NCBI GenBank assembly: GCA_010909165.1
Contig: VJWM01000063.1
Location: 310,001 to 374,000, forward strand
Length of the DNA: 64,000 bases
Reading direction: 5' to 3'
Source of the DNA: Anthoceros angustus
Lineage: Eukaryota > Plantae > Anthocerotophyta
Shown here in pieces: positions 9,481-22,220 of this stretch. Under the pieces are notes generated by a model. It had not been told where the DNA came from. It ran no database searches and was given only the letters and a program-made list of their open reading frames with translations. Each line of letters starts with the position of its first letter. The stretch's first letter is position 1. A program made the position numbers and the translations under genes.

Positions 9481-12400
9481 TTAGTCGCTATTGTCCCTAA
9501 AGCTCCTCGATCCAAATGCATTCGTCTCCCACCTGCTCAATGCAAGGAGCCTCACTACTCTTCCATTGACTTCCGTCATTCAGTGGGAGCTTGCACACCC
9601 ACTGTTCATTTTACAATGTCTCCCTCCGATATTCCCCCTGAACTTGTCACACTTAGAGAAGCGTTTTTAGGGCCAGATCATGAGAAATGGAAATTTACAG
9701 TGGATGACGAGTATAACAACCTTATAAACAATGGGACTTGGAAGCTTGTGTCTCATCCCGAGGGTCGTAGATCTATAACATGCAAGTGGGTCTTTAAGCG
9801 CAAGTTAAATGCTAATGGGGAGATGGCATGGTATAAAGCACGGTTGTGTGCATGAGGCTTCACCCAAATCCCAAGCCTCGACTTTCAAGAGACTATCTTG
9901 CCTATGGTGCACTCCCAATCTATCCAGCTTATGCTTGCATTGGCTGCCAAGCATGATCTTGAGCTCCAGCAAATGGATGTCAAGACTGCCTTTTTACATG
10001 GTGTCCTGGAAGAGGAATTATATATGGAGCAGCCCGAGGGATATGAAGATCCTGCACATCTAAATGTGCATATATGGTTAGCTTATCAAATGCATATATG
10101 GTTTCAGGTAGAGTGCTGAGCGCTGGAATGCAAATTTAGATACCTGCCAGAAGGGTCTTGGATTTCGCCAGCGCTATGCAGATCCCTGCATGATGGTTCT
10201 TTTTATGTGCTGCTTGCTATGTACGCTTGCTTGCCATCTTCGTAGCTAATGACAAGCACTTGTTAGCTCGAGTCCAGACCATACTACGTAGTGAGTTTGA
10301 GATGACCGATGTTGGCGAAATGAAGTTTTGCCTAGGTATTCAAGTGCAGCGAGTGCATGGGCAAGGCCTCCTTATCATACATCAGCACAAGTAAATATCT
10401 GAGATTTTATATCATTTTAATATGGACAAAGCACATGCCAACGCTACTCCCGACGCTACTGGGTTGAAGCTTACCAAGCTAGATTTTCCTACTTGTGGTG
10501 CCGATGTTGAAAATATGAAAGACGTCTCTTATCGCCTTGCATTGGGCAGCCTTCTATTTGTTAGCAACTGGACTCGTCCCCACATCACATATGCCGTGAA
10601 TATTGCTTCCCATTTTCTTGAGTGCCTTGGTTGCAACCACTGGACAACACTTAAACGAGTGTTCAAATATTTACAAGGGACTCACTACCTTGGCTTATGC
10701 TACAAGAGGACTGGCGTGATTCCTACCTTGCATGGTTTTTCATACGCTAATTGGGCCTCCGATGCTGACTCTTGTACAAGCCTGTCCACCTATGTCTTCC
10801 TTCTATATTCTGCTGCTGTTAATCGGAGTTATAAAAAGCAAACAAGTATAGCTCTATCAAGCACTGAACTTAAGTCGAGTACAAGTGCTGAACATATGCA
10901 GCAAAGGAAGTAGAATGGGAAAGGGTGTTTCTGACCTCTGTAAATGCAGAACAACCAACACCTACCCCCCTAATATGTGACAATGAGTCAGCCCTTGCCC
11001 TTGTCGACGTCCTCGTATTCCCGCCTAAACAAAACACATTAAAATTCAACACCATTACGTCAGGGATGTCATTGCTAAAGGTATCGTCAAAACCACGTAT
11101 GTCCACACGGATGCAACACACGGGTGACATTATGACCAAGTCACTTCCCAAGCACAAACATTACACCCATGTTAAAGGTCTTGGGTTGATAGACTCCTCT
11201 ACTTATTTCAAACCAACCTCATGACATAGCTTACATTGGGAGGGCCTTTCTACATAGTCCTGACTGCTCCTAGATTCCTACTCTGCAACCTGAAGTCCCT
11301 TCCCTTGTCCACCCACGCCTCCCGACATCGGCAATTCAATGGAGGCCGGGAGATGGGGAGATCACTCTAAGCATGGGTGTCCGCAACCTCGGGGCTACGG
11401 GCGTGGCAGTGCGTGTGTCATCACCCCTAGGAGGCGTCGTGCACAACCCAACAAGGGTCGGGGACGGGGATAGCGTTAATGCCCTCCATGGGACAAGCAT
11501 CGCGAGCGCGAGGCGCCCGATCCTCTTCGGCGGCGATGCCACCTAGGCATCCTCGGGATGTCGTGAGTTAGTTAGGATCTGGAAGAGAGAGGCTGTCTGT
11601 GTATCCATGCCAAGTGTGTGGTCGCGAGCTAGCGGGGAGAAATGTCTAAGAGGCCGCCGATTCTTCTTGAATATCAGCCTTTGGGTTTCGTGCCTTGGGA
11701 GTGGGGATTGTGTGTGTTGTGTCCTTGTATGCGCGCACATGTAGGGAGACGGGCCGGGGCACTCTCCTTTGTCACCGGGAGGGTGGCGGGAACTGGGTTG
11801 CCAGCTTGTGTGAGCTCCCTTGTCGTGGTTGCAAGCTTGGTGAAGACGGGTTGGTGGAGTGGTCACGGAGAGGACTCCGGCGTGGAACCAAGGCCGGGGA
11901 CAACGGGCGCAAACCGTGGAGCAGGAGGCTAGCTATCCGGGCCTTGTCGGGACCAGGCAAACAAAGGCAGGCGCCAAGGGTCATGAATTCCAAGGTGTGT
12001 TGTTGAGCGTGGACGTGTCGTGACATCGCAGAACTAGTGAGATGAGGCTAACAAGTAGGAAGCGTGGATGCCTTTGGAGAGTTGCAAAATGCGGTGCCTG
12101 CATGCCGAGGTGGGCCGCGGGGAGCTGTTGGGGACGGAGTAGAGTGAAGGTGAGTTGAGACTTGAACGTTGTGTCAGCGGGGCTGTGCTAGTTAGGGTGT
12201 CGCTGAACCCACAGTGTCGATAAACCGCTGAAACTGGTGAGCTTCCGCCATCATCGTGTGAGAGTGCGGTGAGGAGTGAGGAGGTTTAGCTCTTTTAGGA
12301 GAAGAAGGCAGAATAGAGTTACCCAACACAAATTACATAAAATTTTTTTTGTTGTTGCTGTAAAGTCAGGGATGCCATATACTCATGAGAATGAAAGACC

Positions 12401-13096
12401 TTCCTCTTCGGGGTGGAACATGTTTCTCTAGGAATTGCACCATCAAAGTCTGATTTTAAACTTGACATTTGCATAGTTATGTAACGAACAAGCTATTCAA
12501 CGTTGGCAACTCAATTACTTGCTCAGTGCCAGTCATGTGGTACACACTCAATTTTCGTGCTAAGTAGTTTTGCTCTTTCTTGTTATATTGTGGTACTGCT
12601 TTAAGCTGGTTGACCATATGGATATGTGCACTTCCAAAGCAGACTCCATTTTCCCTTTGTCAGCCTTCTTTGATTCTCTGCATTTGACATATCGTGCATT
12701 ATTTCAGCATCTTCTCGGGGAGTCATTTCACTAAATATCGACCATGTAGGATGCAAAGCTCATGACATTATGACCAAGTCACTTCCCAAGCACAAACATT
12801 ACACCCATGTTAAAGGTCTTGGGTTGATAGACTCCTCTACTTATTTCAAACCAACCTCATGACATAGCTTACATTGGGAGGGCCTTTCTACATAGTCCTG
12901 ACTGCTCCTAGATTCCTACTCGCAACTTTTGAAGTCCCTTTTTCCAGGAGTCTCTCTGCCAGGACGCAATTCAATGGATGAAGCTTCAGCTAGCAACTTA
13001 ATCGTGAACTGCTGAGACAAGGCTGTGCTCTTCACCTTTTTCATCTTTAGTGGGAGTCGGGCTAGGGCATCTCTCTTTGTAGTGCGGTAGCCACCT

Positions 13097-13158
13097 TCTT
13101 CATCTTCATCTTCATCTTCATCTTCATCTTCATCTTCATCTTCATCTTCATCTTCATC
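13097..13158. repeat. (TCTTCA)n hexamer microsatellite, about 10 units (DE repeat on the minus strand)
   Basis: Direct reading of the sequence. Confidence 0.95.
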
Positions 13159-13695
13159 GGTGAGGCATCTTTCTAAGGTCGAAGGACCAGGCTGGAACGC
13201 CAACAGCTCTTCCAGCTTTGCTGTTCTTCCCTTGCCACCTTCAGGAGTTCCTTTAGCTCGTCGCACTTGTCCATGGTAGCTTATAGATGCCAGAGCAAGG
13301 TTTTGTCCGTGGTTGTGATGCGTACTCTTGTCGCCATAGAGGCTTCATCCTTTGGCTCCACTGTTGGGCGCCCATACCCAGGGCGTGCGTCCTACATCGG
13401 CTTCTCTACACTGCTCTTGTCACTCTCCACGTCCTTGGCCTCAGCCTCCCTCGCTCGTTTCCACAGTTTTTTGTCCGAGCCATCTTCTGCAGAGTCGCAA
13501 GGGTTACCACAAGGGTTGCGGCGGTGGCAACTAGCACAAGGAATCCTCGGTCTGGCATCTCTCCTGCCGCTACCATCTCCACCGACATGATTAATGTGTG
13601 CCTGGGAAGCTGGAACGTTGTCACGTTCTTCTACCTGGCTTTCTGGATAGGGTTACATTGTGTGACGAGTTTAACCCATCTAGGTTAAGCGGGAG

Positions 13696-13887
13696 TGTTG
13701 AATAGATAACCTACCTAGGGTTAAATATATATAATCTTCATAAGACTTAGTCAATCAACCCACGTGTATATAAGATAGTTTTGTTTTCATTTAATTACAC
13801 TCAGCCTTTTTTTATCGCTCCTTGCCCTTTTGCATGCTTGAATAATTTTTGTGCAATCCATGCTCGGGATTTTGACATGTCTTAACA
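13696..13887 (+). repeat. 3' LTR of copia element
   Basis: Immediately follows the PPT; TGTTG...TAACA termini. Confidence 0.75.
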
Positions 13888-14098
13888 AAAGTTTCTTGGC
13901 AAAGTCCTCCATATCTCAAAGCACCTCATCTCAGGAACTATCCAGCTCAAAAGACTGTAGCATAAGTACATACTACAAAAGTATTTCTCAATTGTTTGAG
14001 CTCACTTGGAAATATGTAGAATCCATTATTATTCGATGATTTATAAACTTCTTTCTCTCCATTCAGCTTAAATAGAGTAATTGTGAGAAACTTCACAA

Positions 14099-17000
14099 AT
14101 GGAGGAATGTGAAGATGCTGCAAATGGAGGTTGGAAACTAGTTCAATCTTTATCAATGGCAACTAGTTCAAAACATAGTAAAGATTTCAAGTACAAATTT
14201 AAGGATGGTATGCGAGATATCTTCAATACAAATGTCATTGAAGATAAAGAGAATGATATATCTCATTTGGAACTTGACAAGAAGAATTCATCAGGACATA
14301 TGGAAGATCAACTACCAATTTCAAAATCTTATCAAATGGAGCTTTCGTAAGCTCTTCGTATTTAGTTTGATTGATGTGAGAACTATATGAAAGACAAGAA
14401 AGATTCATATTGTTAATATGGCATGTAAAATTCTGCAGAAAGAATGATCAGGTTGGGTTGAAAGAGATTCAACATTTGCTTAGTGATGCAACTCCAAACC
14501 TTGCAAATCAATCCTCTATTAGACTTGGGACTTCTTCGAATACTCAAGCAATATCTTGTGCACGAGGAGATGGTACATGCCAATAAAAACTATACTAAGA
14601 TAGCATGTAGTCAAACTTTATGAGAGAAATGTTTGATTTAGTCATTTTTATCAAAGTTATTATGTTAAGTATTGCAGCTATGGAAGGAATATGATGAAAA
14701 ATATAGTGACACACTTAAGCATAAAGAAGTGATTTAGCTCTTTTACTTTCGAGCAATCTTAACAAAAAGATTAAATATTTTTTAATATTTCAAAAAAAGG
14801 CAAACAAGATTTTCCATGTCTTAAGATTGCTCAATCTGGAAAACTCTTTTATGTCAAGAATGATGAATGGGGAGAACAAGTAGATGTTTTATCCTTGTTA
14901 CCAGATGACACAACTATGATGCATGAATCACATGAGATGTTTTTCACTGATGAAAAGAATACAAGTTCATCCCAAGTGGAAACTTCACCAGAAATTGAAC
15001 ATTCCTCGTTTCTTCTTGGTAAGCATATATTGACAATCTCTTGTTTTTTACTACTGTGATTATTACTCTTTATAAGTATCATCTTATCGAGAACATGATT
15101 CTAAGGTATCAGGTAGAAGGGGTCGAAGAGTTCCTATAGCTGGTCGAAGGCAGTTTAGTAATACAACACATCAAACTACAAAAAAAGAACAATCAAGTGA
15201 ACTGAATAGTAGGTTGAGGCATATTCATAGGTATCTTAAACAATCAATAACCCAAATCCAGCATTTTTATCACCCATCTTCTAACTTTGTCTACCCAAAT
15301 TATATTGCAAAAATTTATTTTAATATATTTTATCCAATTTTGTGCTATTGCAGTCCACCTTTCCAATTCGAAGCAATTTCAAGCAATGAGGTACACTAGC
15401 TCAATACATGTTTTAAGGTTCAATTACAATAATGGTGGGATTCATTTGTTCCTTGTATAAGTGAAAAGTTATGAACTAAGTAATATAATGCTTCAATCTA
15501 ACACTGAACAATTTAAGCTTACCTCATGGATGTATTGCTGATAAACAAATTGGGAAAGAACGTGACCAACTATATTCCGATTACTATCCAGATAATCTAG
15601 CTAAACTTGATTCTCATGTAACTCTATTGTCACAGGCAGAACCAAAGGAACATGACTTAGGATTTAAGGAAAAAAAATGCGTGTCACCAGATTCTGATAT
15701 CGAATCACAAAAAAATAACACATCAAATGATGTGAAAAAACTTAGAGAAGAGAACGTATCTCTTAAGCAAGTCCTACTAAAACTTGAATACGACAAACTA
15801 AAAATAGAAAAAGATCTTTCTGAATTTAGACAAAAATATGATATATCAGACTTGGAAAGATTCACAGAAGAAAAAGAAACTATAGAGCTCGCCACTAAAT
15901 CTTTGGCCTCAGAATTAACATCTTTACAAAGCAATTTGTACTTAGCAGAGGAACGACTTTGCTCTATGCAAAAACTACACGATCATAAGGTAAGATAGGA
16001 TGTCATATTATTTCAACCATGTCAAGATCTTAATGTACACTCTTTACCGACTAAAAGAAGTTGTACAATACTAATAACTTCAAAGTGTACAAAGTCGTTT
16101 AGGGTTTAGGGTTGCTTGGTGGATGTCTTAAAGGAGACACATGGACTAAAAGAAGTTGTACAATACAAATAACTTCAAAGTGAATACCTTACCCTCCTAA
16201 TATTCTTGATAGGTGGATGTCTTAAAGGAGACACATGCTCGTGAATTAAATGCAAAAGAACAACAATTTGGTATTGAGGTATGATTTTCCCTAACTCTAC
16301 TATAAAAAATTTAACCTTTGTATACAATTCATGATAAGTAAAATTACATTATGATTCAATGTTGCAAGAGTTTTTAATATAATATGTTATTTTTTTAACA
16401 AGAAATAAATGAGGGCATATTTAACACAATAGGTGATTTTATTACAAGTAATAAGTCAACTCCCATATTTTGTCCACATAGTTGAAGAAAGAGCTAACAC
16501 TTGGAGTGAATGAAGAATTGATAATATTGAAAACAATCATAACTTTTTGTATTGAAGAGGACAATTTTAACAGACCATAAAAATATTACCGAAAAGCTTG
16601 AACAAATTTTGAGTAAAGTGGAGAACTGGTTGGTAAAAGTAACTGAACTACAAACGGAGATGCTAGCTGACCGAAATATTCCTAGTCACGATAAATCAAA
16701 GTGGTTAGATATCCTTCTAGCATCTTCCAAACAACAGGAAACCTGGATTGCTAAAAAAGAAGAACAATGGAATGATTTTAGAACTCAGGTCAGTTAAAAT
16801 TAAATCAAGTTTTGCTACTTATTGTTCAACATGTAGAGCCAGTTCTAATGTATTCAACTACAAACTATGTAATTATTGTTTTTTAAATCCAGTTGGAGAC
16901 ACTATTACAACTATTTGTCGATCGGGCAAACGAGATGTCAAATCTTCAACACTTGGAACGAGAACATGTGATCAAAGAACACGCATACCTTGAAGAGCTT

Positions 17001-18666
17001 CAGGTATAATTTTGGTAAAGTCTTTATGAGTATAAAGATCATATACCCATAACCTGTATGGTTTTCCTCCAACCTATCATAAGGTAGAGGACATATCTTT
17101 TGTATGAAATAAAGTGCACCACTCTTAAAAATATATAATTCTAACAAGGATAAAGAGTTGGCTCTTTAGGAAACCATTAAAGTGCAGCACATGGAAGCAA
17201 AAGCTCTTTGTTCCACATATAAAAGACTTGAAGAAACATGTCATGCATGTACCCATGAACACGAAGCATGTTTTGCGAGGTGCATGGAGGTAATACCATA
17301 AATTTGATTATTTCCTCCAAGTTCGTAAACTTTTCAAATCTACATCCTCAAGAATGTATGCGTACATATACATATATTTGCATTTTATAAACAGGACCGC
17401 AGGCACAATGAAAGAGAAAAAGAGGCATTGCTTAGAATGAAAGAGCATGTAATGTTGGAGCAAGCTTCCATTGAGAGAAAGGCTATGGATTATGCCTCTC
17501 ATATGCAAAGTGGTACATCAACATATTTAATGCTACATTTTTTCTTTCCTAGTTGAGTACAAAAAAGGGGTACAAAAAACATATAGAAGTTTGATAGAAC
17601 ATTATGGTCTGCAAATATTGGTCAGAGAACGAAGAAATTCAAAAAAGACGTGATGAATTAGAACGAGTAAGAGAAATTGCTTGTGAGATTGTACAAGAAG
17701 TCCAAGAAGGAAAACATGAGCTTCATGTACAACTGCCTACTTTTAGACATAAATCAGGAAATAATCTAGATGCTTCAGTTATACAGGTATGCATATGAGA
17801 TGATGTTATAATTTTATATTGAAAAAACTTATCTCACACTATAGTGATTATAAATTTCCCGTATGAAGGAGGCAAATATTGATAAAAAATGTAGAATTGA
17901 CAATAGTGAAATGCGTATCATGACGATGGAAAGAAACAAATCAGAAATGAATAAGGAAGCTTCGAGAACAATTCAAGAAAAAATTTTGCTCCAGGATTCC
18001 TTACAATATATCACGGGAGCATGTAGCGCTAATGCTAACAGGTAGTACTAAATCTTGAAAAATTAGTTGGAAGCATATGTTTTTGGTTCAAAGCTAATTA
18101 GCTGATAAAATATTTTTTAATATAAATATTTATTTTATTGCATGATTTTTAAGACCTCTTAGTATTTTATGTAGGTTATTCAGATTATTATTTATTCATT
18201 TTTTTAAAATTTTCAGGAGATATACACCAATATCTCGGGTTAATGTTTCCCAAAACAAGAGGTTTGAAAACAATATGAATCCGTCTTTGTCATTAAGGCA
18301 ACTCCTAACATGTATACCCAATGTATGGACTCTTTCTCCATTAAAAGACCCTAATACATCACAAATACAAAGTGGAGAGTTCCATAATGGAAGTAATCAG
18401 GTACACATTTTAGTTTTTTTTGAATAATATTTGAATAATATTTTATATAATGAAATTTTACAACTGGAGATTAATTTTAGATATTTCTAATAAACAAAAA
18501 TATTTGAATTCCTAACCATTTGTATGTTTATCTAGAATTCATATCCCTAAAATAGATTATATACTTTCAGGGCTCTATTACACTGAAATCACAAGAACTC
18601 TTTCTAGAAGAGGCTAGTAGAGCTCTACAAGAGAAATTACGCAATAGAAGAACAATTCATATATAA
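14099..18666 (+). CDS. FBF1: Multi-exon coiled-coil protein, FBF1-like (centriole distal appendage / ciliary transition fibre)
   Basis: Phase-consistent GT-AG exons: 15113-15212, 15354-15390, 15636-15989, 16213-16278, 16558-16788, 16893-17003, 17170-17289, 17395-17512, 17626-17786, 17869-18041, 18217-18400, 18571-18666 (TAA). The 5' exons (14099-15018) are less certain. The spliced protein aligns by eye with the recalled animal FBF1 C-terminal region (e.g. RANEMSNLQHLEREHVIKEHAYLEELQ vs RLNEQSRLLEQERWRVTAEQSKAESMQ; ARCMEDRRH vs LKCGEERRR; QELFLE vs EQFFLE). Confidence 0.6.
16098..16113 (+). repeat. Interstitial plant telomere repeat (TTTAGGG)2TT inside an intron
   Basis: tttagggtttagggtt lies between two copies of a 39-bp duplication. 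Confidence 0.6.
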
Positions 18667-18999
18667 AATCATGGAAGTTTGTAAAAGAAGGAACTTTCTT
18701 TGTTAAAAAGAAAGAACAAGGAACCCTTCTCAAGGTGAGTGGCAACGCGCCTAATACGTACAAACTATAGACATAAAAATCGGTTGTGCAAAACTATAAT
18801 GTGAAGTGAGGACAATACACAGAGGCACGAAGTCAATATATTGCTCGAGAAGTTGATCATTGTCTATGTGGCACATGAGGTCTACCCCACCTTCTCGCCG
18901 GTTTTTTTTCAATGTTTTTTTTTCTTTTCCTCTTTTCTTTCTACTAGTTTATGACCTATTGAAGTTTGTAGTCCGGGTTTAGGGCTCATGGCTGAAGGT

Positions 19000-20010
19000 G
19001 TACGATATACATAAGCGTCTAGCTTGGAGGGAGTGTTGATATGCTATACGTACAGTTGGATGGCCAGAGCTGACTTCTATCTTGTCTAGGGTGACCAAGT
19101 CTCGGTGGCAGACATGATGGTTATTGATCTTACATGGGAATTATCATGCCGTGTAAGACTAATCTCTGCACTTGGGTTTAGTATTTGATTAGCATTAATT
19201 AATCTAATTACCTATCTTTAAGTAAATAATTAGTATTAATAATCTATCGCGCTTATGTTAACTAAACACTGATTAGTGTTAATTAAACATAGTTAGCAAT
19301 AGCTAAATGGATAAGCTCAAGTAATATGCTTTAGCATATTCCTTCCATATTATACTATATTCTTAGGATATTTCCGGCATTTGCTGATGTGAATAAGATA
19401 TCTTAGGAATATGTTGATGCTAAGGGCTAGTATATATAGACCCTTTCACAGAGGACAAGCTCAGATCATAGCTTGTCCTTTAGATATGCTATGCAAGAGT
19501 GTTGTGAGGAGGCCAAAGATATGACTCCAAGAGCGACATGTGAGGAATTTGCGTGCTGTTCTCGTGGGGAGAGTTTGTTTGTGCTACGACGTGTGAGTTA
19601 CTCTAACCTATTGTTATTGGTTTGCACCTATACTTGCGTATTAGATTTGTTCTGCTTAATTGTCTATTGAGGAAGTGCTCATATGAATGCAAGTGCTTAC
19701 CTCGTGCGACAAAATCCACCTTTGAACAAGTTATCCTAAGCTGGCTAGTTTGGGTGGTAGTTGAAACGGCAGCTTCCAAGGCTACTAAGTATAGGGGAAT
19801 GCACATATGCCACCTCTTCCTCCCGCTTGCCTTGGAAACTTGTGGCTAAAGACTTTGATAAATTTATCAAGTCATGTGCTAAAACATACCATGGAAGGAG
19901 ATATGGAGCGAGCTACCTCTCTCCTATTTCACACCGTTCTTTTGGCAGTAAGTTTTCATTGCCCTTCAAAGGGCACTTGTAAGAGCTATCTTACGGACAA
20001 CAGAGACTGA
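19000..20010 (+). mobile_element. CRE-like non-LTR retrotransposon 3' fragment (RLE endonuclease), interrupted by solo LTR
   Basis: AWREC..RADFYLV..QVSVADMMVIDLT|WESTF..KATKY..FLPLALETCG. Homologous to 21440-21870, and the frame is restored by removing the LTR plus one 4-bp TSD. Confidence 0.75.
19142..19711 (+). mobile_element. Solo LTR, family A
   Basis: TATCATGCCG...GTGCGACA, flanked by GAAT/AAAT (4-bp TSD with one mismatch). Confidence 0.85.
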
Positions 20011-20269
20011 TGGAGATGCGTCCTCGACTAGTTTAGTAATATAAATTCAATCTCCCAAGTTGTCATAACCTCCGAGTAGGTGACTTTAGACAGGTGGAGC
20101 TTAGACATCGCAGACAGATTTTGCATAAATAATTCCATAAATGCTCGTGGTTGGATGCTCCTAAGCCAGTAAAAACATTCTCCGAAGACAAAAATCTTGG
20201 GAGAGGCGGGACGCCCGTGTTTTACCAATTTGTGTGCAAGAACAAGGCCTCAGGCTGAGTGGTTGAGGT

Positions 20270-22120
20270 AGATCTTAAAAGCATCTTTACATGTTTCTAT
20301 GTTTCTGTCCGCTCTTCCTATGGTTCACTGTCTACCCTTTACTTTCAGCACGGACCATCTAAAGGAAGGGGTTATTGTACTGGACTCGGCGACCGGCACG
20401 AGGGGGTGCCCTCTTTGCCATTGCGCACTGCAGGGCCCTGACCCTTAATGTCGGTGCATCGAGAGTGTCTCTTTCCGTCCGTGGTGGATGACACTCATAT
20501 CTTAGAACCCGGGGGCAAGGTCAGGGAAGCTTTCACACTCTTCTCCTCAGAGCTCTCCCAACTGGGTTTGAGGGTCGAGATTCTGAAGTGCATTACTCCC
20601 TCTCTTCAATTTCCTGGAGGGGCGGGGGGCGGGGGAACATTGTTCCTTCGCAGGGACTTTGCGTCTTGGGGGTCCTCGTGGGACCCCTGGCCTTTATTCA
20701 TGGTTTTGTGGATGGGGCTTTGAAGGAGGACTTGGCCCACATTGGCGACCTATTTCTATTAAGGGACCCTCATGTGGCATTTGGTATCCTTTGGTCCTGC
20801 TTGGTGCGTCGGTCGGGTTATCTCACCAAGACGGTGGCTCCCTCCCTAGCTTTTTTATTAAGCCTGCGGAATTTTGATCTACAGATTATGCAGGCACTTG
20901 GAGACATTATGGGGCCGGGGACCTTTGAATGTGCCGCAGGGCGCTTTGTGCAGCAGCAAGCGTCCCTTCCTATCGCTTTTAGGGGCACAGGTCTGCTGGC
21001 AATGGAGGCCTTGGCACCGGCAGCCTTCCTTGGGATTTGGGCCCTCGCTGCCCCCGTCTTCACCTCTCGTTTCTTAATCCGGGATGTTCCCCTCTTGGAG
21101 GCCTTTGTCTCGGGCGTTGAGGAGGGGGCCTTCTCTTGGTAGTCTTCCCTTAAGTTGGCTAGGGACTCCCTTTCCTCCGAGGCTAGGGCGGCCATGCATT
21201 CCTTTTCCGCAGCCTGTTCGTGCCCGCATCTGCTTTTGCTTGGGGAAGGGAGCAGGCTCCTAGCTTCTGGCTCGGCCTTGTATCCAGGCGTTTCGAATCG
21301 CATCAGCTTCTTTTTCTACTACGATGAGGTTCTGCCTGGGTTTGGTCCAGCGTCTGGCCTGTTCTCTCTCAACCTTCAGCTGTGGGGCCCCCCTCGACGA
21401 CTCAGGGTCCCACTTGGCTTGCTATCCAATTGGAGGACAACATATCGCTACGCATGACATCATTCGCGACGTCATGTTCTCAATGGCCAAGGAGAGCGGT
21501 TATTTTCCATATAAGGAGCGTCCATATACCCTACGCAATGGGGTGTCACTCAGGGTGGATGTATTTCTCATCCGGGGGAACTAAATCTCTGTTGCGGATG
21601 TTGTCGTAATGGACCCCACCCGGAACTCCTTTTGTGAGCATGTCATCATCAATCCTCCGGGCTGGGCAGCAGAGGGATGCGCGACTGCCAAGGTACAAAA
21701 GTACACACCTCTACAAGATGGCCATGCCTTCATCCCCCTCAGCATTGAGACTCATGGGGCTATGGGCAAAGATTTTTCCCGGCTCATTAAGGATTGTGCT
21801 AAAGCCTACCATAGTCGTTGGAACGGGGTGGGTCTCGCTCTTTCCTGGGCAGTGGCTTTCTTCTAACATCAAGTATCCATCGCCCTGTAGAGGGCGCTGG
21901 CTAACGCTATTTACAAGACGGCATCGAGCGTAGGAGATGTAGTGTCATCGGCACATGTTGTAGGTACTAGGCTTTTCCTCATGGGACCGCGACATAATCG
22001 GGGCGGTAAGTAGCTTCGGGGTTGGCATTCGTAGGGGCTAGCCCCCCTGGCTCTTACCCCTTTAGTGGGTTGTCCCCCTTCGGTTCCGGGTAGATGGGTT
22101 TTCCCATCTCTTCTTTTTAA
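20270..22120 (+). mobile_element. CRE-clade non-LTR retrotransposon (RT C-half, CCHC knuckle, PD-(D/E)xK restriction-like endonuclease), decayed
   Basis: LDSATGT..GGALFAIAH and FPSVVDDTHIL (RT DD), then VLGVLVG and QASLPIAFRGTGL. Then CSCGAPLDDSGSHLAC..IATHD, RVDVFL..ADVVVMDP, KVQKY and FIPLSIETHG. T-rich 3' tail at ~22100-22120. Confidence 0.85.
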
Positions 22121-22220
22121 TAAAGTCTCCATTGTTCTTTCCATGTTTCGGCGTGTACACACATCCATGGCACTGATTTTTGTAAGATAAAATTCCAAAT
22201 GGCCACCGTCCCCGAGCATA

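Larger units (their letters stand above)
9190..13887 (+). mobile_element. Decayed Ty1/copia retrotransposon (partial integrase, RT, RNase H, long 3' region, PPT, 3' LTR)
   Basis: LWYTRLG, CEVC, LDLVHIDI and DDFSRY, then an internal deletion at ~9495. Then KWVFKRK, YKARL, QMDVKTAFLHG, TRPHI, ANWA, ALSSTE, CDNESA and DIMTK. PPT AAGCGGGAG at 13687-13695. Confidence 0.92.

Noticed and set aside
17149-17169. Apparent in-frame TAG suggesting the FBF1-like gene is a pseudogene or needs RNA editing
   Set aside because: The TAG at 17167-17169 is better read as the intron acceptor (ctctttag|GAA), which keeps phase 0 and fits the alignment.
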